A stretch of 64,000 bases of DNA from Hyphochytrium catenoides (lineage: Eukaryota; Protista; Hyphochytriomycota). The translations under genes and the position numbers were made by a program. The stretch is taken from positions 62,001 to 126,000 of the forward strand of contig FLMG01000368.1 of the NCBI GenBank assembly GCA_900088475.1. Reading direction: 5' to 3'. Below, piece after piece: positions 57,101-64,000 of the stretch (the stretch's first letter is position 1; each line of letters opens with the position of its first letter). The notes under the pieces were generated by a model that saw only the letters and a program-made list of their open reading frames with translations, searched no databases and was not told the DNA's origin.

Positions 57101-60005
57101 AGGAGTCTACAGAAGAGCTTTCTGGCCCCTCCAGAGTTGACCTTAAATACTTATATAGCGAACCGGAACTAGGTCAACAGCATGGTGGGACCAAGGCCTT
57201 TGCTGCAGATATGCGCTTGATCTTTACAAATTGTGTCCTCTATAACGGGCGTAACTCGCCACTGGGCAAAGCAGCAGCGCAACTGGCAGCAGTCTTTGAG
57301 CGAGAGTTCCAAACACGAGTGCTGAATCGAACAGCTGCGGATGAAGAGCTCTACAGCAAACAGCAATCCGCTCTGCGTCTCATGAAGAAGGAGAAAGGTG
57401 GCAGAGATTTACACGTCATTTATGCCGACTGGGCCTCGAGTCAGCCTCCATCGTTAAAGGATCTGGTGGTGCAGCTAGGTCTTGAAGACTTCACACAGGT
57501 TTGACCCATTTTGAAGCTTAGTGCTGCAGCATTCTGTGTTACTTGACCTAAGACTATACCTGCAGCTTCCCCTAGGGACAAAGGTGGCAGCATTATCTTG
57601 GGCATGCTCGGAGCTCAATGGCCTTTCGTTTATCAGGTACAGCTCACTTCGACTTTTTGGTCATCGCAGACGGTCTGACTTTCAATGTTGGTTCAAAGGG
57701 AGATGATTGATCACAATATGGAGAAGCTGGTTGCGATGAGCAAGCAAATCAGACAAGAAGAGAAGGATGACATTGCTAGCAGGAAACAGCGCGAGAAAGA
57801 AAGAAAGGAAGCTTCAGAAACGGCAGCAGATCCGGAACAAGCTGCTGCCGTGATTGAAGCTGAGGAAGAAGAGGAAGAAAAGGGCTATCGAGAACGCCAA
57901 AACGAGAGACAGAAAAAGCTCCAGGAGCTTATCAAAGAGGTGCAAATCAATCTGAAGATCTACCCTTTCTTGCTTTTCTGATGCAAATTCACACCTTTAT
58001 ACAGGCCGACATTCGCCTCAAGCCTATGGGAACTGACCGCTATCACAACCGGTATTGGAGGTTCGACAATGACGCTACAGGATCTATATGGGTGGAATGT
58101 GGGACCAATGGGGATTGCCAAGCTTATCGTACTGGCAAGGAGTTAGATCAGCTCATAGCCTGGCTAGAAGAGAAAGGGGTCAGAGAAAAGAGTTTCAAAG
58201 ACCTGCTGATGACCGAAAAGGGAGCCCTACTTGCCAAGATGCAGGAACTTCCCAGCAATGGTCTAGAGGAGAGTGCAGACAAGATAGACCACAGGAGCCA
58301 GTCCTTTGGCCAGACTTTGTATTCACAGGAAAAACAGATTGAAGCAGCTGCTGTGTGGAGAGGCTCCACAGAGGGCAAAAAGTGGCAACATTACCTCAAC
58401 GATATTGATGGTGGCAAGGGATATAGCGAGCTGTCTCCATCGCTAGGGGAGTTCTTCCATCCCATCACCGTGAAGGTTATGAAGAAGGGACTGGTCAGCA
58501 CCCACGAAGCTCTACGTAGCCTGCTTCTGGGGTTAGAGGAGCGCTACAATAATCCGCAGATTCTTGGCGAGTTCTGGGAGGATGAACGTAAGGACTGGGT
58601 GGAAAGACTGCAAGCTCCTCATGCTTCTGACCCCTCTGAAGCTGCGAAAGATGAGCTCTCCGTCTTTGTCAAATCTCTTTTGGAGCTGGAACAGCGCCTC
58701 TATGACTCTCATCATCTCTTCAATAGCTCTTGGGCGACAGCAAGACGCTCTTGGCGGAGATCAGTGTATGCAGCCTCGACACACTCCCAGATAGCTCTTT
58801 TAATTAGCAGAATGCAGGTCTTCGGAGTAGATCGAAATGCCCTGGGAGACCTGTGCGCAGTGCTGGACAGGAAGCAGTTTATGCGGCTGGTGAATAAAGC
58901 AAGTAGGTCCTTCATACCCGAGCTCAATGAGGAGGTTGTATACTTTGGAGACGGGCACAGTGACGCCATCAAGCAAGACTCTACCTATAGTACCAATTGG
59001 AGCGCCACAGGCCCTTCGATAGGAACTACACTACCTTGCAGAGTCATTGCCATCACCTACCACGCAGGAAAGGGCGATCCCTACGTCAGGGTGTTGCTGA
59101 AGCCGTCCAAAGCAACGTTGGAGGTCGTTCCACCGTCTTTAGGAGATAGTATATGTGTGATGCCAACAGCGAGGTCGAGGATGAACAGGCTTTTCATATA
59201 TATCATCTATGCACTCCGCTCTTTGGACTGCGCAGGTCCTTTCCTGGAGCCGGTGTCCACAACCTACTTCCCAGACTATCTGAGCATCGTAAAGCACCCA
59301 ATGGACTTGCAAACCATGGAGTCAAAAGCCTTCAGAGAGGCCTATGGCAACGAGGAAGAGTTCAGAAGCGACATTGATCTCATAGCAAGTAACTGTGCAG
59401 CCTATTGCTCGGAGAAGTATCCAACCCTACCTCCACTAGCCCGGAAGCTTCGAGATCATGCTTTTGAAGCTCTAACGAATTCCAAAGATGATTTGGCAGC
59501 AATTAGAACAGAGTTTCTTCAGGAGGCTCCTGAAGCACCTACCAAGGACCAACCGTCACCGGAGGATACTGCCAACAAGGCAGGCCATAAAAGAGCAGTA
59601 GAGAATATCGAGGCAGCTTTACGGCTTGAGAATCGGCTTCCAGAGTTTATTATCCCGATCGCACGATATGTTGAGCACATCCAGAGAGTGTGGACTGTCG
59701 GTGACCGCATCAAGATGCAGTTTAGAAATAACCAGGGTCAAAAGGTCACTTACGGAGGAAAGGTGAAGGGAGCGAAGCCCTTTCTCGCTTCAAAGTTATT
59801 ACCTTGGGAAGCCCTGGAAATAGAGTGGGACTCTGGGGGAGGTGGCAACAGATATGTAAACCCTTGGTAAGTCATCGGTCTGTCCTTTCCACTCTCAAGA
59901 TGCCCAGCACTAAAGCATGCCTACTGCAGGGAAGTCAGTCCAGATGAGCCTAAAGTGGACCTGAGAGGTGGAGCCTCCAAGAAGAAGGCCAAACGGAGGG
60001 GTTAG
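54145..60005 (+). CDS. Multidomain chromatin protein: RFTS (DNMT1-RFD)-like, DDT, bromodomain, WHIM1-3, BRWD/PHIP-type Tudor module with second bromodomain, about 8 exons
   Basis: RFTS-like IDEWCIDY...LWVITESAWYKI. DDT GDCLMSWASINCYRETLQVSPFSIDDLCGAL. Bromodomains PFVKPVD...DYPEKIRHPMDLGTV...DMRLIFTNCVLYN and PFLEPV...DYLSIVKHPMDLQTM. WHIM2/3 PMGTDRYHNRYW...LEEKGVREKS. C-terminal VNPWEV. Confidence 0.85.
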
Positions 60006-60440
60006 GCGATATCGAAACAACTGTTATATAGCAATAAAGGAATTGTGCTGGGCCCGTTGAAGTCTACAGCCCGTCCACACTCGGCTTTGCCGCTGGCTGA
60101 CCAACCTTTAGTGTCTCACCCCACTCTCCTCCCTCGGTCTCCATCTCTTGCCTCATTTTCCTCTCATACGCTTATGAGCCCTGCCCTCTCTCCCCTTCCC
60201 TCAACATCTCTTTAAAAATGCCAATCGTCACTCGCGAAGAACTCCGTTGCCGTCTGCCTTTTAACAAATATCTATTTGTGGGGACGAAGTTCGATAAAAT
60301 GGTAGATTGACCAACGCGGCCAAAGTATATATATATAGGAAACATGGTCCCTTTATCAAAAAGATTAACAGTTCTATAGCTGCAATGTGTACAATAAATA
60401 GCAAAAATAAATAGCAAGTGGAGCAGATGGCTCTCCACTT

Positions 60441-61655
60441 CTAGAAGTCGATGGAAACAGAATCTGAGAAACCTCGAGGCACAAAAGCTATAGGATCGTC
60501 CACAGGGTCAAAGAGGAACATGTCCAGATCATTGAACAGAGCAGAGGCATTCGCGTACATGTCCTGCGCCAAATCTCCAGCCTGAGGAGAAGCCGGTTCA
60601 CTAGATGAATAGTCGTCCAGAGAGCGCAGCCAGAGCTGATCTACGAGGTTGACAGCTGTAGAGAACAGTGGATCCACCGCCGCCGCGACAGCTTCCTGCG
60701 CGAGAAGGGAAGCGACCATGGGTTCTGAATCCTTGTCCTCAGCCAGGGAAAGTGTACTAAAGGCACCGGAAGGTGAGCCTACTGGGGACAAAGTAGGTGC
60801 AGAGTGGTTCCCAGGGTTGGTGGGTGTGCTAGATGCTGGCGACTTGCTGCTGAAGGCGCCTCTCTGTGACTCCTCTTTGACGGTAAGGGATGTGGAGGGT
60901 ATGTCTAGCAGATGAGGTCTTTTGTTTCGCCTTAGTTTCTTTGCTGGGGGAAGGTCATAACCCACGACTGACTGCCCAATCTTCATCGCAAACTTGACAA
61001 ACTGTGTAGACCAAAAGTTCGTTGCGGCCTGAAGAAGAGCTTTAAGCTCGTCCTTGTCGTCATCTGCGGGCTTCATTTCCGTCTTCTTTGCCAGTATTAT
61101 TTGCTGGTAGAAGTTCGTCTCAAGCTTAGAAAGGGTCTTCATTCTCTCTCGATGTTGATCCTCTGGAAACTCTATGGACTTTGACTTCGGAATATTGTAT
61201 GTGTGTTTCCCTAGCGCCTTGCGCTGAAATTTCTTGGATAGTCTCATGGGGCTGCAGTTGAGTAGTCTTGCCAGTACCAGGCGAACGGGAGTGCCTTGTC
61301 CTACGGGAAGACATCCTGCTAGGAACTCCTTGATGATGCACTGAACATAGAGCTCCTCCTCTGCCGTCCATTTGCCATTGCGAAGAGGGGGTTGATCATT
61401 AGAAATGGGATAAACCAGCGCCACCTTATTAATCTCCACTTGACACGTAGGACAAGCCTTCAGCGGGTACTGGTTGATACATCGTGAGTGAAACATGTGT
61501 CCACATTTTGGCAGTGAGATGATAGCCAGAGCTCCGGCGCAGGCACTGCAGATATTCTCCTTTATGGCAGCTTCTCCGCTCTGGATGCAGCTCTTATTTA
61601 AAGCACCAGCGCCCGCAGGTCCAGTCCCCGCCATATCTGCGCATGAACGCTTCAT
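60441..61655 (-). CDS. RING-H2-like zinc finger plus conserved 'RxGKWTxEEE...CxPMRLSKKF' (Myb-like) domain protein, single exon
   Basis: 404-aa ORF. CSAC...CGHMFHSRC...CPTC, then LRNGKWTAEEELYVQCIIKEFLAGCLP...LLNCSPMRLSKKF. Acidic C-terminus. Confidence 0.85.
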   Translation of the reverse strand: MKRSCADMAGTGPAGAGALNKSCIQSGEAAIKENICSACAGALAIISLPKCGHMFHSRCINQYPLKACPTCQVEINKVALVYPISNDQPPLRNGKWTAEEELYVQCIIKEFLAGCLPVGQGTPVRLVLARLLNCSPMRLSKKFQRKALGKHTYNIPKSKSIEFPEDQHRERMKTLSKLETNFYQQIILAKKTEMKPADDDKDELKALLQAATNFWSTQFVKFAMKIGQSVVGYDLPPAKKLRRNKRPHLLDIPSTSLTVKEESQRGAFSSKSPASSTPTNPGNHSAPTLSPVGSPSGAFSTLSLAEDKDSEPMVASLLAQEAVAAAVDPLFSTAVNLVDQLWLRSLDDYSSSEPASPQAGDLAQDMYANASALFNDLDMFLFDPVDDPIAFVPRGFSDSVSIDF

Positions 61656-64000
61656 GATGGTCAGCTATATCGAAAGAGTATAACGCAGAAGGTGAGCGCG
61701 ACTTTAGTTTGGCCTATGAGCTTCACCCCCGCCTTTCTCTTCGTGTTCAGACGTTCTCTAGAGGACGGAAACTTGAGAATGAGGGAGGTGCGAGAGAGCA
61801 AGGTCAAAGTCCCTCTTATCGTTGGTGTTAGGAAGTTGCTGGTTGGACTCTAAAGCCACCTCAGTCCTCTTACTAGCACAAGTTGCCGAAGGTTCCTCTG
61901 CCTGGCCAGCTGGACCAACTGGTCACATCGCTTTAATTCCTTGGTCCAACACAAAGTGAGCTAACTTGAGAGAGAAGGTGTAGAAAGGGGAAAAAACGAT
62001 GGTCTGCACTACGTTCTACCTACTGCAATCCTTCTCTTTCCTTCCTCACTGTCTCTCTTCTCCTCCCTTTCTCCCTCAGCTTGTTTTCTCATGGAAAGCC
62101 TCTCTCCTACTCCGGAGTGCCAGTACGACGACGATCATACTCTTTTCTTTCTTCTGCTGACTCACGTCCTTTCCTCACCTCGACCACCTTTCGTTTTCCT
62201 TCCTTCCCTCCAGCTTGTCCCTTCTCATCTCTCGGTCTCCTCTGTTCACAAGCTCAGCCCCCAGCCAGTTGACAGACACACGGAAACTTCTCTCTCTCCG
62301 TACTCTGTCTCTCCTGGTCCAGCTCTCCACCCACCAGACAGTCATAAACAGGGACTTCTCCTAGCATCAGACACAGAGTCTCCTCTGCCCTGTTCCCTTC
62401 CCTCATTCTGACTTGTTTCCTCCCTCCTCTCTCTCATTCTCTCTTACTGTCTCCACCTGTCTTCTGGTTCTTCTTTCTCTCTGTCTCTACTTCTCTCCCC
62501 CTCTTTCTGCTGTGGTCACTCCTCCTCTATGGACTCTTCTCTTGGCCTGCTCTTCGGTCACAAGAAAGATCTCAGGGACAGGCGGCCAGGATGGGTGGGA
62601 CTCTATCTGCACGATGGCACCTTGAAGTCATTTATGCTGACCCACCCGCCATCGGCATAAGATATTGCAGGCCTCCTCATGTCTTTGGAATATTGTTGCC
62701 TATAAAATGACAGCTCTGTCTTCCTCGTTCTGTCTCTGCTTTCTGTCGTGCAAATGAGACATTTTCAGGTGTGTTTGCCGTATATCTAAAGAAGCCCTAC
62801 ATCTGTTAAGGGTCGAGAAGGCCCCCCTACAATCTCCTAACTGGAGAACGACACTCACTCTTTTACTTGTGTTTATATAGAGCCCAAAAGTGTCAGGCCC
62901 ATCGCCCCCCTGGGGATGAAGGAGGCACCCCCATAGAGATCAGAGGCTAAATGTGACTCTCCCTTGCATCGTCCACCTGCCCTTTCTAGCTCAGAGTGGT
63001 AACTTTCTTCACACCTGCCCCTTCTTCCCTCCCTTTAGAACTACTGTACCTCTTTCTTCCTTGTCTCTTTCTTCCTCCTTCGTGTTGCTTGTGGAGGGGA
63101 AGGATGCCTGGTGATGGCTTCCTAAGAACAATATGACAGTCACGTTCACGCTGCTCCCTTTTGTCCTTCATCCCCGCGCATAGGTCTTCCTAGCCCAAAG
63201 GTAGCACTCGGCAAGCTAAATGCTGACGAGCCCCCGAGCTCCAATGGGAGACAGGCCTGCTGACTAAGAGGCTATAGACCAATCAGGTTGCTAGATACGT
63301 TGAAATGCCAGCCAATAGAGACGGAGTAATCGGACACTCGGGTTTTGATTGGTCCTTTAAGGTGTGTCACCGATTGCTTTCCTGCCTTGGAAAGCTGCGG
63401 GACGATCATAAGACCAAAGCCCGAGAGTACCGCTAACTGCCATATAGTGCCACGATATAATAGAATAAGAGATAGTCGTCCCAAGTGGCCGAAACAGATA
63501 TTAGTGGACCATAATAGCAGTTGCCGGCTATAGAAAGCTTCTTGAACATCGTAGGGTTAGTAACACTTAGGAGTCAGCGTCAGCCGGAGTACACGAATTG
63601 TTGTGAACGTTAGCCCCTCTCAAGGCAGAGGGTTCACACTTCACACTCAGCACCCTGGGATGCGGCCCAAAATTAGGACACCACCACCATCTTGCCCCTG
63701 TCACTTTGTGGCAGAAAGATCCTCTAGGTTGAGGGGCAGCCTTGCCTCGCAGCTCCTTTGGTGTCATCTTCTCATCTCACACTGGTCCTCTATTCGGCAC
63801 CACCCAATTTGGACACACTTCTCTTCCCGCCAAAAAGTGTACATTACGGGGCAAATTCGGCCCAGCACATTTGGCTGTGTCTCGGTCAGCGCAACAGCAC
63901 CAGAAAAGAGCCCAAACCTAAGTTATAAGACATTTGTAGGTGAGAGGAGAGAAGGCAAAGGTAAAAAGAAGGTAAAGTGCACTCTTTGGAAGAGACTTTT

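Noticed and set aside
61700-64000. Gene-free end of the window as a possible LTR or transposon
   Set aside because: No terminal repeats, primer-binding site or RT/transposase motifs visible. Only pyrimidine-rich sequence and short ORFs.

Overview
Intron-rich eukaryotic genomic DNA, about 50% GC, with GT-AG introns, CTRAC-type branch points and five N-gaps. A stramenopile origin is my inference, mainly from the last gene's motif family. I reconstructed twelve protein genes by manual splicing. In order: midasin MDN1 (-, one >6 kb exon running off the window), PWP1 (+), an orphan coiled-coil gene (+), a POT/PTR transporter (-), an Arb2/FAM172-FYVE-AGC kinase fusion (-), a Dug2-like WD40-M20 protein (-), a degenerate kinesin fused to a CCDC78-like tail (+), cytosolic GPI (-), a degenerate GH16-M14 carboxypeptidase membrane protein (+), an F-box/JmjC protein (-), a large chromatin-reader chimera (RFTS-DDT-bromo-WHIM-BRWD Tudor, +) and a RING protein (-). 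(CT/GA)n microsatellites are dense between 6.6 and 26 kb and nearly absent between 33 and 61 kb. I found no supportable rRNA, tRNA, snRNA, CRISPR array or transposon. The strongest signals are the unusual domain fusions, several built on apparently inactivated enzyme folds. Domain calls come from remembered family motifs, not database searches, so novelty is unverified.
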